A DNA stretch of 64,000 nt from Syntrophales bacterium. GTDB taxonomy: Bacteria > Desulfobacterota > Syntrophia > Syntrophales > UBA2210. Numbering within the stretch: position 1 is the first letter of the stretch; every line of letters starts with the position of its first letter. Shown here piece after piece: positions 9,678 to 22,072 of the stretch. The stretch covers positions 288,001-352,000 of the forward strand of contig CAXXKT010000002.1 in the NCBI GenBank assembly GCA_963662405.2, written 5' to 3'. The notes under the pieces were generated by a model. It saw nothing but the letters and a program-made list of their open reading frames with translations. It was not told where the DNA came from and did no database searches. The position numbers and the translations under genes are program-made.

Positions 9678-11300
9678 TTACCGCGGCGGCCAATCGTGGG
9701 CTGCCTGTTTTGTCGTCAGTGTCGAGAATCCCGCTTTTGTTATCGGAAGATACCCGATGTCGAGATAGAAGTCCCTCTCATCATAGGGCGGCCACCAGGC
9801 GGTAAGGTTCCCCGGGATATTCGGGTCCCCGGTTGCGGCAAACTGTGCCTCCATGCTCATCATATACTCGGCTACCCAGTCGTCCTTCGGGCCGAGCTCC
9901 GGATCTATGATCTGGAAGGTTGTGAAATCAAACGCTTGGGCAGGATCAACAATCCCGAACACAAAGCGGCTGACAGACTGAAAATCACCGAACCCGGCGG
10001 AAACATCGATGCCATGCCATGCCTTTATCCCCCGTTTTTTCCAGCCGTCAGGCACATGGGTGAATACATAGGTGTAAATGGGAGATTCCATATACCCGCT
10101 CATGGTCTGAAGGACGCCACCCAACCAGGCCATGGGAAACTCCACATGGAAGAAGGCACTGGCTCCCGCCTCCAGCACTTCCTCACCAGCTATGCTGACC
10201 ATGTAGGGAACGTCGTGAACGCCGCCGGTCAAAAAGATGGTCTCCATCGAATCCGTCAGGAAATAGTCGTCCTCCGTGTAGGTAGAGCTAAACCCGCTAC
10301 TCCCGTCTGCAAAGAGGCCGGCAGCTGCAGCATCGGCAACCTCCTGCCAGGTCTTCCCACGCATCTCGGCAAGGTTTGCGCACCCGAGGTTGGTCTGCAT
10401 GTTCAGGCCCATCTGTTCCCCTGTTGCGAGAGTCACGGAGCTAAAGAAGAACCCGCTCTGACAGATGGCCCGGTGGAAGAGTCCTTCGGCCAGGGGCGAG
10501 GCCATCAGCCCGTTTACCTTCATGCCGCCCCCGGACTGGCCGATGATCGTGACGCAATCCGGGTCACCGCCGAAGGCCGCGATATTTCTCTGCACCCACT
10601 CAAGGGCGGCGACCAGGTCCAGCATCCCGTAATTGCCGGATGCGCTGTTCGCCGATTCCGCTGTCAGTTCGGGGTGCGCCATAAATCCGAACACCCCCAG
10701 GCGGTGCTGGACGCTGACCCAGACGACACCGTGCTGGGGCATGGCCGGGGCATTATAGTTGTCATAACTGGTGGTACCGTTGACGATACCTCCGCCGTGG
10801 AAGAAGACGATGACCGGATACTTGTCCTCGGTATCCCGGGCGGGCGTGACGACGTTGAGATACAGGACGTCCTCACTCATCCCGGATTCGGGGATCGAAT
10901 TATAAAAGAAGCTCTGCGGGTAGGGTGTCTGCGCGCACATGTCACTGAACGTAGTGCATTCGCGGACGTTTTCCCAGGGTTCGACCGGTTGCGGGGGCTT
11001 CCACCGTAAATCACCCACGGGAGGCTTGGCATAGGGAATCCCCCTGTAGAGGTGAACCTGCTGTCCAAGGGTGCCAGTAAATTCGTCACCGGTACACCAT
11101 ACACCCTTCGCCTGAATAGGGTCATATATTTGCCACGCGGGCTTGACGGCATCCAGAATCACCCCGGAAATGAGACCGGAGTCTATCTGGATGGGATCAG
11201 CGATTGGGGCGGCGGCCACGTAGCCCGACGGGATCATCATACATGCCACAAACAGGGCCACACCTATAACGGTGACCCGTATCTTGCCTTTCAAGTTCAT
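9678..11300 (-). CDS. Secreted type-B carboxylesterase
   Basis: Signal peptide, GIPYAKPP, SEDVLYLNV, HGGG, GQSGG nucleophile. Confidence 0.92.
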   Translation of the reverse strand: MNLKGKIRVTVIGVALFVACMMIPSGYVAAAPIADPIQIDSGLISGVILDAVKPAWQIYDPIQAKGVWCTGDEFTGTLGQQVHLYRGIPYAKPPVGDLRWKPPQPVEPWENVRECTTFSDMCAQTPYPQSFFYNSIPESGMSEDVLYLNVVTPARDTEDKYPVIVFFHGGGIVNGTTSYDNYNAPAMPQHGVVWVSVQHRLGVFGFMAHPELTAESANSASGNYGMLDLVAALEWVQRNIAAFGGDPDCVTIIGQSGGGMKVNGLMASPLAEGLFHRAICQSGFFFSSVTLATGEQMGLNMQTNLGCANLAEMRGKTWQEVADAAAAGLFADGSSGFSSTYTEDDYFLTDSMETIFLTGGVHDVPYMVSIAGEEVLEAGASAFFHVEFPMAWLGGVLQTMSGYMESPIYTYVFTHVPDGWKKRGIKAWHGIDVSAGFGDFQSVSRFVFGIVDPAQAFDFTTFQIIDPELGPKDDWVAEYMMSMEAQFAATGDPNIPGNLTAWWPPYDERDFYLDIGYLPITKAGFSTLTTKQAAHDWPPR

Positions 11301-11867
11301 AATTTTCCCCCATTTTTCTTAGATAGATTGAATAGAAAGTCGACTACCCCCACTCCATGAAAGATGTTTCGTTGGAGCTCAGTAATAAGCCCCGTTTCTC
11401 CAACCGACAGCATATCTCCCGGGCATATCTCCCGGCATCCTGAGATCCCGACTAGACTAAGGATATTAAAAGACTACGGTCGCGTTGAAAGCGCTCTTTC
11501 TTCGACACCTCCTTTCCCGTCTTTTCGATACGACACTCTTGATGAGTGCAAAAACCATGAAGTGCTGAGAATAATATTAGAAAAAGGGCCTTAATGAGAC
11601 CAGCAGCCCAAAAAGAAAATGCAATCCCCATACGAACGCATTTTAACAGAAAAATTAACTTTATTGAGGTTGTCATGTCAAGAAATATTATCTCCCCAGA
11701 GCGGGAAGAATCCATGCGGGAATGCTGGAGCAAGAAGGTGCCTGTTTCCCAATTTCAAATGTTCAATCAGGTGAATCCTGGCGCGGACAGCCAGAATCTC
11801 GGGCACAACCTACCATAGTCTTATAAAAAAAGAGGCTAGCCGATAGTAGCTAACCTCTTTATCGTAT

Positions 11868-11944
<77 letters not shown>

Positions 11945-11969
11945 TCATTTCCGCTTTAAGGTCCTTCTG

Positions 11970-13034
11970 TCATCGTCCTCCTGTTATGTCGAACGTGGAG
12001 CTGTTTCTAAGACAATACGGGGAAAATGTCAAGGAGTATTCTCCTTTTAATCCGCGGATATTGTATACGTCTATCATTTTTTCGATTCCTTTCAGTGATA
12101 TCGGTCCTATACGTTCGGATTCCATATGCCTTTCCACCTCATGGTAGGTATCACCACAGACCAGTATCTGACCGGCTTGTGCTAAATTCACCAGTCTCGC
12201 TGCCACATTGACGGTTTTCCCCATCACGGTGTACTCTTTTTTCCGGGAGGAGCCGAATATACCCGCCATGATTTCTCCGGTACTGATCCCGATACCGATG
12301 GATATTTCCCGATCCGTTTCTGAAAGACCGCTGTTTACCTTGTTGATTTCGTCCATCATCGCTACGGCACACGTAACCGCTCGCAGGGTCTCATCCTCGA
12401 AGGCTACCGGAGCTCCGAACACCCCCATGATGCTGTCCCCAACATGCTTGTCCAGGGTTCCGTTATAGCGGCATATAATTGCATCCAGGGGGGTAAAATA
12501 CCGCACGTTGAGAACCTCGCACAACGCTTCAACACTTAACGCTTCCGATAATGCGGTAAAGCCCCTGATATCACTGAAGAGGACCGTGGCCTTCTGCTTC
12601 CGCAGGCCCAGAGATCCCCCCTCCTTCCACATTTCAGAGAAGACCTGCTCTGAAACGAATTGTTTCAGCCTCTTTCTGAGGATGCACTCTCTGATCTTCG
12701 CCTTCAGCTCAATATTAGAAAAGGGCTTTGTGATAAAACCGTCGATTCCCACGTTAACCGATTCGATTGCACTCTCCATCGTGGCGTAACCCGTCAGCAT
12801 GATCCTCGTCATTTCCGGGTTGATTTTTCCGATCTCAATCAGGGTTTCCAAGCCGTCGATCCCCGGCATCTTGTAATCCGACATAACCGTCTCAATCCCG
12901 TTCGTATTTTCACCAACGATATCGATGGCATGATTGCCGTTCTCTGCAAGAAATACGCAATATCCGTCCCGTTCAAGGACCTTCTTCAACGACCGGCGCA
13001 CCCCTTCTTCGTCATCAACCACTAACAGGTTCAT
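11970..13034 (-). CDS. Response regulator with class III adenylate/guanylate cyclase domain
   Basis: Receiver (VVDD, SDYKMP, KP) + FSDIRGFT, DKHVGD, TVNVAARL. Confidence 0.92.
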   Translation of the reverse strand: MNLLVVDDEEGVRRSLKKVLERDGYCVFLAENGNHAIDIVGENTNGIETVMSDYKMPGIDGLETLIEIGKINPEMTRIMLTGYATMESAIESVNVGIDGFITKPFSNIELKAKIRECILRKRLKQFVSEQVFSEMWKEGGSLGLRKQKATVLFSDIRGFTALSEALSVEALCEVLNVRYFTPLDAIICRYNGTLDKHVGDSIMGVFGAPVAFEDETLRAVTCAVAMMDEINKVNSGLSETDREISIGIGISTGEIMAGIFGSSRKKEYTVMGKTVNVAARLVNLAQAGQILVCGDTYHEVERHMESERIGPISLKGIEKMIDVYNIRGLKGEYSLTFSPYCLRNSSTFDITGGR

Positions 13035-15298
13035 TGTTCTTTCCTCCTCCGGCAGGGAAGAGAAACAGACACGGTGGTCCCCCTCTTTATCTCACTCTCA
13101 ATAGTGATTCTTCCATCATGTCTCCGGACGATTTCATGAGCGATATACAGACCGAGCCCCGTCCCCTCCCCCGGTTTTTTCGTTGTAAAGAACGGCTTGA
13201 ACGCATCCCGTACCTCTTCGGCCGCCATGCCCTTCCCGGTATCGCGGCACTCTATGCGGACCATGTCCTCATCTTCCATATAGCGTGTCGCCAGCGTAAC
13301 CGTCCCGCTGCCGTCCGTTTGTGCCTGAATTGCATTGTTCATAATGTTGAGGATCACCTGTCCCAAATTAGCGAAGTTTCCTTCAATATCCGGCAGATTT
13401 TCCTCGAGATTTTTATCGATGGCTATATCGGATTTTTTATACCGGTTGTGAATGACTCTCAATGCATCGTTGATTAAGGCATTAACATTCACCTGCTCGA
13501 CATAGTCTTGCGTCTGCCGGGAAAGCCCGAGGAGACTCCTGACTATACCCGCTGCCCGGTCGAGCTCCTTGAGGGAAAATTTCAGATCCCCTATCAGTTC
13601 CTCTCTCTCCTGATCCTCGGCATCATTCCACTCGCTGATCGTCTCAAGAGAGGTCTGAATGAGGCTCGATGAACTGGCAAGGGGATTGTTCAGTTCGTGT
13701 GCCGCTCCGGCCACGAGTTGCCCGATGGAGGCGAGGCTCTCCGACCGGATCAGTTGCTGCTGTGTCCGTTCCTTCTCGTCAAGCGCCGCCGTCAGTGCCT
13801 GCGTTCGCTGCCTGACCTTCTCCTCAAGCCTGAGGTTCATCTCCTCCAATTGTTCGTAGTTTTTTGCATTCTCTATGGCGATCGCCCCCTGGCTGGCAAT
13901 TGTTTCCAACAGTTCGATATCCTCGTATACGAAAAGTTCTCCTGACCGTTTTTCCCCCAGCGCCATAATCCCCGTCAGCCGATCCTGCGATATCATCGGT
14001 ATCAGGACAGCGGCACTGGTTGCATCAAACAGGTCCGATAGGCTCTTCTCCTCATCAACGGGGATCGCGATCCTGCCGAGAGCGGAATGGACCAGTGTGT
14101 CCCGATAGGTCTCAAAGAAAATCTCTATGGGCCGGGCGGGTCGTATCACCTCCTTTCCCTTTTTTGCACCTCTCCTCTTTCGCCGTGCATACATATCAAG
14201 TGACCCATTCCCCTGACGGTAGATTCCCACCCACATACCGCTCGTTTTCAGGGCTGATGGTATGGAGTTCAGCAGAAAATCGATGATCTCCTCTATCCGG
14301 AGAAAGGATGCCATGGCACCGCTCATCTGCCTGAGGGTCTCCTGATAATCGTATTTTCCCCGAAAAAAAACCTGATCGACAAGGGCCTGGACCTTGATCC
14401 GAAGCGGGTTGAAGAGGACAACGATCACCACGGCGGAGATGAAAGAGATAACAAAGGGGTGAGAATTCCCGTATCCGATGGATATGATATTGGAGAGATA
14501 GATGGCCAGGGCGTACACAAAGGTCAGGATCCCCGTCAGGAAGAAGTAGGCACTGCCTTTCCTGAGGAGAACACCGATGTCGAGGAGATCATATTTCAGA
14601 ACGGCAAAGGCGAGAATGATAGCCGGGACAAAATTGAAATTCCCCATGGGGTACACATCGTATCCGCTGATGGGTAAGATGTTCAAGAGAATGAGAAGTC
14701 CGCTGAGGCCGAATCCGATCAGGACGTACTGTATCCGGTTTCTTGCACGATTTCCTTTCGCGCCCCTCATCCCCAGGACAAGCGTCACAATGCAATACAG
14801 CACCGCGACCCCTCCCACCGCCGAGAACAGGTGGTACACCGGCCCCGCCCCGGCAATCTTCCCGAAGGAGAAGCTCCTCAGGCCGGTGATAAAGTATTCG
14901 GTCTGGGTAAAAGGAAGAAGGGTAATGCTGAAGAGGTAAGCGCCCCGTTCAATCCATCGCCTCTCCGTGATACCGAGGAACGAATGGACAAAACGGATAT
15001 ACACCGGTATGGCAAAGACAAAGAAGAGGTAGGAAAACCGATCGAGCCGGAGGGCAAGGTTCTCATCCTTGATGAAGGATACCAATGCGATATCCAAGTC
15101 GATCAAGGCGCCAAGGAAACACATCAAGGCAAAGAAAAGCGTCGTCGTATTTTTCTTTCCCTGGACGATGGAGAAAAATGACAGGAAAAAGAAAATCAGA
15201 AACCCCATCACAGGGAGCAAAAGGTAGGAATAGGATCCCCACAGAAGCCCCAGAGACACAGGCGTTGCCTCCTTTCCCGGCTCTTGGCAATCAACCAC
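13031..15298 (-). CDS. Multi-TM sensor histidine kinase with GAF domain
   Basis: N-terminal TM bundle, GAF, AHELNNPL H-box, NAIQA, DTGKG, GTGLGL. Confidence 0.92.
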   Translation of the reverse strand: MVDCQEPGKEATPVSLGLLWGSYSYLLLPVMGFLIFFFLSFFSIVQGKKNTTTLFFALMCFLGALIDLDIALVSFIKDENLALRLDRFSYLFFVFAIPVYIRFVHSFLGITERRWIERGAYLFSITLLPFTQTEYFITGLRSFSFGKIAGAGPVYHLFSAVGGVAVLYCIVTLVLGMRGAKGNRARNRIQYVLIGFGLSGLLILLNILPISGYDVYPMGNFNFVPAIILAFAVLKYDLLDIGVLLRKGSAYFFLTGILTFVYALAIYLSNIISIGYGNSHPFVISFISAVVIVVLFNPLRIKVQALVDQVFFRGKYDYQETLRQMSGAMASFLRIEEIIDFLLNSIPSALKTSGMWVGIYRQGNGSLDMYARRKRRGAKKGKEVIRPARPIEIFFETYRDTLVHSALGRIAIPVDEEKSLSDLFDATSAAVLIPMISQDRLTGIMALGEKRSGELFVYEDIELLETIASQGAIAIENAKNYEQLEEMNLRLEEKVRQRTQALTAALDEKERTQQQLIRSESLASIGQLVAGAAHELNNPLASSSSLIQTSLETISEWNDAEDQEREELIGDLKFSLKELDRAAGIVRSLLGLSRQTQDYVEQVNVNALINDALRVIHNRYKKSDIAIDKNLEENLPDIEGNFANLGQVILNIMNNAIQAQTDGSGTVTLATRYMEDEDMVRIECRDTGKGMAAEEVRDAFKPFFTTKKPGEGTGLGLYIAHEIVRRHDGRITIESEIKRGTTVSVSLPCRRRKEQ

Positions 15299-15426
15299 TC
15301 ACACATCCAGAAATCTGGTGAAGTGAATCAGCGTCTCCCCTCGGTCAGCGCTCCTGAATCCGCCTCACATCCGTTCCGAACGATGGATCCTTTTCGAATC
15401 CCGTGTCCCGCCTCTGCGTGAATTCC

Positions 15427-15999
15427 TTAAAAAACAAATACGGCCGCCGTGACAACCGATGTATAACCTCGGTTTTTCACGATCGCCGATTGCGTCACGT
15501 TTCGTGTTCGCACGATCTTTCCGCTGATCTTGAAGATCTCCTCTTTTTCATCCCAGCTTGCGTCCACATCAAAATCGATGCCGAGCGTCGAGGCAAGCAT
15601 GGCCGCTGCGAGGTCTTCCGCATAGTCACCCGCCTCCACCGATGTCTGCCCGAACGCGTGGTGTTCGCTTATATAACCGTAGGCATTTTTATCCGCCGGA
15701 ATGGCACACCCCACAGATGCGGCGATCAGCCTTCTTGGTTCGTTGCTGCAGTTACGGCTCATGACGCAGTAGGTTATCTCGCCCGGTTTCAGTTCATTCA
15801 ACCCCTTAGCACGCGAAATCAATTTACATCCGGGAGGGAAAATACTCGAAACCATGACCAAGTTACATTTCTCTATCCCGGCATCGCGCAGGGCCAGCTC
15901 GAAGGAGTGAAGTTCCTCTTTATGAGAACCGACTCCCTTGGTAAAAAAGATCTTTCTCGGTACCTGATTACTCAATAACGTATCTCCTTCTATCAACAA
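15427..15999 (-). CDS. pdaD: Pyruvoyl-dependent arginine decarboxylase
   Basis: [19 protein letters not shown] cleavage site; adjacent to agmatinase. Confidence 0.88.
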   Translation of the reverse strand: MLIEGDTLLSNQVPRKIFFTKGVGSHKEELHSFELALRDAGIEKCNLVMVSSIFPPGCKLISRAKGLNELKPGEITYCVMSRNCSNEPRRLIAASVGCAIPADKNAYGYISEHHAFGQTSVEAGDYAEDLAAAMLASTLGIDFDVDASWDEKEEIFKISGKIVRTRNVTQSAIVKNRGYTSVVTAAVFVF

Positions 16000-16010
16000 T
16001 GATGCCGTGT

Positions 16011-16895
16011 CTATACACCCGCCCGATTGATATACCCCATGGTCCGGTATGCAAGCTTCGCCGCCGTAAAATCAGGGGCAATCATGCCGGGGATCGGACA
16101 CAACTCAACGATATCAAAACCACGAATCTTACAATGCTCCGAGATTCCCCTGATCAAACGGATCAGGTCATCCCATAGGATGCCGCCGGGCTCCGGCGTC
16201 CCGGTGGCCGGCATAACCGACGGGTCCAACACATCAATATCAAGGGTGACGTATATATCCTTCGAAAGATTCCCGCAAATCTTTTTTATCAGATCCGGAT
16301 CATTTTTTACACGATCCGGAGGGAACGTGCACACCTTCTCATCTCTGATAAAGTGGGCCTCTTCCACACTCATGCTTCTGACCCCGACTTGCACCAGGGG
16401 GCAGAGTTCATGGATTCTCCTGCCGACGGATGCGTGGCTGTACGCCGAGCCCTGATACGAATCCCTCAGATCGGCGTGTGCATCGAATTGGAGCACCGAC
16501 AAGGAAGGACAGCTGTCTTTCACAGCCTGCACCGCCCCGATGGTGACACTGTGTTCCCCCCCCAATACAACGGGAATTTTGCCTGAGGAAGCAACCGGGG
16601 CCACCGCTCTGCGAACTGTCTGAACCATGATTTCCGGGCCGCGTGCGTCAATGTCGAGGGGTGCCATGGTGTAGATCCCTCCTACCCGGTATGTTTCCAC
16701 GCCCAATTCCTCATCATACAGTTCCATGTTGGCTGATGCATCCAGAATGGCTGCGGGGCCTTTTCTCGATCCGGCCTGGTACGTTGACGTCAAGTCGTAA
16801 GGAACTGGAATCACAACGAATCTCGCGCCTTCAAGCCCCCGGCCTTCTAAGTCCACTCCACCAAAATTCATACTCTTTTCCATCCTAGATATCAA
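16011..16895 (-). CDS. speB: Agmatinase
   Basis: GGEHS, DAHAD, DIDVLDP, GTPEPGG. Confidence 0.92.
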   Translation of the reverse strand: MISRMEKSMNFGGVDLEGRGLEGARFVVIPVPYDLTSTYQAGSRKGPAAILDASANMELYDEELGVETYRVGGIYTMAPLDIDARGPEIMVQTVRRAVAPVASSGKIPVVLGGEHSVTIGAVQAVKDSCPSLSVLQFDAHADLRDSYQGSAYSHASVGRRIHELCPLVQVGVRSMSVEEAHFIRDEKVCTFPPDRVKNDPDLIKKICGNLSKDIYVTLDIDVLDPSVMPATGTPEPGGILWDDLIRLIRGISEHCKIRGFDIVELCPIPGMIAPDFTAAKLAYRTMGYINRAGV

Positions 16896-17617
16896 TCGGA
16901 GGGTACACCACTCTGCATAGTGAATGTGCCGTCTTCATACAACAGATACGAGTGATGATGTATCCAGTCACCGAGGACAACGAAGGTTTTTACCTTATCA
17001 TCAATAACGTACCGCTCAAACCGAGGGGAATGATAGTGCCCCAGGATGACCGCGTCTATTCCTTCCGCAAAGTTTTTCATCGCAAACATCTTGATCATCC
17101 CGTTTAGCTCATCAGAGCTTGGCTCCTCACGACTTCTGCTCATCTTTGAAATCGCTCGCGATATACTCCACAGGATCGGAGAAGGTAAACCCTTCTGAAA
17201 CCGGTATATCAGATTACTCCTGAGCAATCTCCTCAGGAAAAGATACCCTCCTTTGGAGGTATCGATCGTATCACCGTGAGACATGAAGACTCTTTTCCCG
17301 TTCAAATTGATCACGGCCCCACCCGGGATAACGCGAATACCATACGGCCCGAAATAGTCGCTCAGAAAAAAGTCGTGGTTTCCTTCGAAGATCGTAATGT
17401 CTGTCCCGGCCCTCCGCATCTTCAGCAAATGACCGACAATATCTGAAAACCCGGGGTACACACCGTTCTGACCGGCGAACCAGAAGTCAAAGAAATCACC
17501 GAGGATGAAAAGCTCATCGATATTGCCGTGGATCGAATGGAGGAGGCGCAACAGATACCGGCGCCCTTCGGAGTCGCTCCCATCCAAATGCGCATCGGCG
17601 ACAAAGACCGCTTTCAT
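16892..17617 (-). CDS. lpxH: UDP-2,3-diacylglucosamine hydrolase
   Basis: DAHL, GDFFD, GNHD, HGD, GHYH, LGDW metallophosphoesterase motifs. Confidence 0.8.
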   Translation of the reverse strand: MKAVFVADAHLDGSDSEGRRYLLRLLHSIHGNIDELFILGDFFDFWFAGQNGVYPGFSDIVGHLLKMRRAGTDITIFEGNHDFFLSDYFGPYGIRVIPGGAVINLNGKRVFMSHGDTIDTSKGGYLFLRRLLRSNLIYRFQKGLPSPILWSISRAISKMSRSREEPSSDELNGMIKMFAMKNFAEGIDAVILGHYHSPRFERYVIDDKVKTFVVLGDWIHHHSYLLYEDGTFTMQSGVPSD

Positions 17618-17634
17618 ACTTCCCGCCTCTCGAT

Positions 17635-18288
17635 TTATCTTTCCATAGCTTTTCTGACAAGGAACTCTGAATTGCCGAACATCTCTTCAATTTCACTCTC
17701 GTCCATCCCGGCCCCTTGTGCGACCGCAATCGCCATGTTCCGGTCTATCAAATCGTGAGGGGCATGAGCATCGGTATCAAGAACCAGTTTCGCGCCCCAT
17801 CTGCGGGCGAGGGAGACGACACGACCATTGGTCAGGCTGTGTCCCTGACGGGCGGATACCTCCAGGAAAATCGATCTCGCGGCAGCCAGCGCCGCATCTT
17901 CCTCTGTGAGCAGCCCCGGGTGGGCGAGGATATCGACCGGAGCCTCCAGGGCAGCCCGATTCGTCCCCGGAACCACCGGTTCTACGATGGTTTCCCCGTG
18001 AACAACGATGATTCGCGCCCCCAGTGCCCGCGCCTCACCTGCAAGAGATGCAATCTGGTCTGGATGCACATGGGTCAGCTCGATACCCGGGATGACCTGC
18101 AGCGGGGATACCTCTGATATCTTCTCGCAAACCGCTACCATACGGGGAATGATAAAATCCAGATTTGAGTGATCTGCGTGATCCGTGATCGCGATCGCCC
18201 GGTATCCCTTCGCGGCTGCCCTTCGAGCAAGCTCCGAAGGGATCAGCTCGCCATCGCTGAAAATGGAATGGGTGTGAAGATCGATCAT
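17635..18288 (-). CDS. PHP-domain phosphoesterase
   Basis: DLHTHSIFSDG, ITDH, HPG, DTDAH. Confidence 0.88.
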   Translation of the reverse strand: MIDLHTHSIFSDGELIPSELARRAAAKGYRAIAITDHADHSNLDFIIPRMVAVCEKISEVSPLQVIPGIELTHVHPDQIASLAGEARALGARIIVVHGETIVEPVVPGTNRAALEAPVDILAHPGLLTEEDAALAAARSIFLEVSARQGHSLTNGRVVSLARRWGAKLVLDTDAHAPHDLIDRNMAIAVAQGAGMDESEIEEMFGNSEFLVRKAMER

Positions 18289-18458
18289 AGCAATCCCTTC
18301 AAGTGAGATATATGGTAAGGCGCCACAATATCGTATCGCCAAGGACCTTTCTCCGTTTAGCAGATTTAAAAATCGAGGTCAATCCAAGAAACATTGAAGC
18401 AAAAATGATTTGCTGTTATACAATTCCGAATATAGTGGCAGGTATGGAACGAAAATCG

Positions 18459-19613
18459 ATGAGCCGGATAATTAACCGATACATCTTGCGAGAGATCCTT
18501 ACGCCCTTTTTCATGATCCTCTTTATATTGACTTTCGTTCTGTTGATGGGGCGAATCCTGCAATTGATGGATCTCATGATAAACAAGGGAATCAGTGCGA
18601 CTGATATTACAAAACTGATCCTGTATCTGATGCCTTTTTTCCTCACGCTCACGGTACCCATGTCGCTCCTTATCTCCCTACTGATCGCACTGGGGCGACT
18701 GTCGCGTGACAATGAGATTATTGTGCTCAAATCATCGGGGTTGAGCCTTTACCAATTGATGCCTGCCGTGGCCGGTGTAGCGCTGTGTGCCTTTGTGATA
18801 ACCTTGCTGACCAGCTTTTTTCTCGTTCCCTACAGCAACTTTGCAACGAAGAATCTCCTCTTTGATATGGCACGTCAGAAGGCAAGTGTCGGCATCAAGG
18901 AACGGATCTTCAACGATGACTTCTCCGGCCTGGTGCTCTATGCAGAGGAATTGCCTCCCCAGGAAGATTTCATGCGCGGTGTCTTCATATCCGATAATCG
19001 CACGCTGAAGGAACCGGCCACCATCATCGCAGAGCGGGGATACCTCGTCTCCGATCCCGAGTCCATGCGGGTAACGTTGAGGTTGCAGGACGGGAGTATC
19101 CACACGGTAGACACACGATCGGCAACGTATAAAAAAATTGACTTCAGCTCCTATGACATCAATCTCGACCTCTCGGTATCTATCGGCGGGAAAGGAAGCC
19201 CAAGGAAGGGAAGCAGGGAGATGTCATTCACCGAACTGATCACAATGGCCCGAACCCCCGGCCTGAAAGAACGGAGGATAAAAGAGGCCATTATTGAAAT
19301 CCACAAGAAGTTTACCCTCCCCTTTGCCTGTATCGTCTTCGGCATTATCGGGGTGCCTTTGGGAATCTCAAAACACCGGAGCGGAAAATCATGGGGTTTT
19401 GTAATCGGCGTGCTCGTAATCATCATCTATTACGTCCTTCAGACCGGTGGCGAGGCACTGGGTGAAACCGGGATACTGCACCCGGCGATAGGCACGTGGA
19501 TATCAAACATATTGCTGGGGATCATGGGGGCATATTTGTTCATAACCACGGCACAGGAAAAACCCCTTATTCCGAAATTCGTGCGGAACATCGGTGCGAG
19601 GAAACGCGCATGA
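18459..19613 (+). CDS. lptF: LPS export permease LptF
   Basis: IINRYILRE start, LSRDNEIIVLKSSG, paired with lptG. Confidence 0.88.
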   Translation: MSRIINRYILREILTPFFMILFILTFVLLMGRILQLMDLMINKGISATDITKLILYLMPFFLTLTVPMSLLISLLIALGRLSRDNEIIVLKSSGLSLYQLMPAVAGVALCAFVITLLTSFFLVPYSNFATKNLLFDMARQKASVGIKERIFNDDFSGLVLYAEELPPQEDFMRGVFISDNRTLKEPATIIAERGYLVSDPESMRVTLRLQDGSIHTVDTRSATYKKIDFSSYDINLDLSVSIGGKGSPRKGSREMSFTELITMARTPGLKERRIKEAIIEIHKKFTLPFACIVFGIIGVPLGISKHRSGKSWGFVIGVLVIIIYYVLQTGGEALGETGILHPAIGTWISNILLGIMGAYLFITTAQEKPLIPKFVRNIGARKRA

Positions 19614-20701
19614 CGATCCTCGACAGATACGTTCTCAAGGAATTCACAAAGATGTTTTTTTTGATCCTCGCATCCCTGCTGGCACTGTATCTGATCGTGG
19701 ATTTCTTCGAGCGGATACGGATGTTCCTGAGCAAAGGCGCCTCAATGCGCCAGATGGCATCTTACTTCGTACTGACCGTTCCGATGATCCTGTCACAGAT
19801 GATACCGGTCGCCGTCCTCCTGGGTTCTCTTCTTTCCTTCGGAATCCTTTCCAAGCACAGCGAGATAACGGCCATGAAAGCGAACGGGCTGAGTCTTTAC
19901 CGACTATCCCTGCCCGTTATTGCCGCTTCTTTCGCTATCTGTATCGTGGCCTTCCTGCTGAGCGAATTTATCACCCCCTCCACAAATCAAAAGGCCAAAT
20001 ATGTCAAACTAATCGAAATCCAGAAGAAAGAAAAACTGGGGAGCTTCAAGCAGAACGAAATCTGGTACCGGGGAGAACAGGGGATTTACAATTTTTCCGT
20101 ATTCGATCCCCATACGAGCACACTCAAGGGAATCCGGATTCACTTCTTTGGAGACAACAGCCCCGGCTCCATGAGTTTGTCGCAGAGAATCGATGCGAAA
20201 GAAGCCGTCTGGATAGAGGGCAAATGGAAATTCAGGGATCTTATCATCACGACCTTCAAACGGGACGGGGTTCCCTCAATCGAGCGGGTGGCATCGCGGG
20301 TAATCCCCCTTTCGGAAGAACCGTCCGATTTTATGGTGGTCCAGAAGGACACCGAAGAAATGGGCCTCGTGGAACTGAGCAGGTTTGAAAAGAAAATGCG
20401 TTCTGAAGGGTATGATACCATCCGCTATCAGACGGATATGAACGGGAAGATCGCTTTCCCGCTGGTCAGTGTCATCCTTGCGATACTGGGCATCTCTTTT
20501 TCACTCAAATCAGAGCGGAACGGAGGAGTTCCACAGAGCATCGGACTGGGGATCGTCATCGGCTTTTCGTACTGGATCGTCTTCGCCTTTGCCGTATCCC
20601 TGGGGCGCGCCGGAACGCTGCCCCCCGTAATCGCGGGATGGGCTGCAAACCTCATCGTCGGCATTGCAGCCACAATCATGTTCATCCGCGTAAAGACGTA
20701 A
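19610..20701 (+). CDS. lptG: LPS export permease LptG
   Basis: MTILDRY, SEITAMKANG; ATGA overlap with lptF. Confidence 0.88.
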   Translation: MTILDRYVLKEFTKMFFLILASLLALYLIVDFFERIRMFLSKGASMRQMASYFVLTVPMILSQMIPVAVLLGSLLSFGILSKHSEITAMKANGLSLYRLSLPVIAASFAICIVAFLLSEFITPSTNQKAKYVKLIEIQKKEKLGSFKQNEIWYRGEQGIYNFSVFDPHTSTLKGIRIHFFGDNSPGSMSLSQRIDAKEAVWIEGKWKFRDLIITTFKRDGVPSIERVASRVIPLSEEPSDFMVVQKDTEEMGLVELSRFEKKMRSEGYDTIRYQTDMNGKIAFPLVSVILAILGISFSLKSERNGGVPQSIGLGIVIGFSYWIVFAFAVSLGRAGTLPPVIAGWAANLIVGIAATIMFIRVKT

Positions 20702-20706
20702 CGGTA

Positions 20707-21981
<1,275 letters not shown>

Positions 21982-22072
21982 TCACCCGTATCTGAACGTG
22001 CATGGCACAACCTCCATACAGACGAAGGAATCCTTTGTATTGATTTCGGTACCCGCTCTCCGGGTTTATGGC

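Noticed and set aside
9675..11009. 444-aa plus-strand ORF
   Set aside because: Antisense shadow of the carboxylesterase; the same applies to most overlapping ORFs in the track
11410..11437. Tandem GCATATCTCCCGG duplication
   Set aside because: Only two copies and no supporting context
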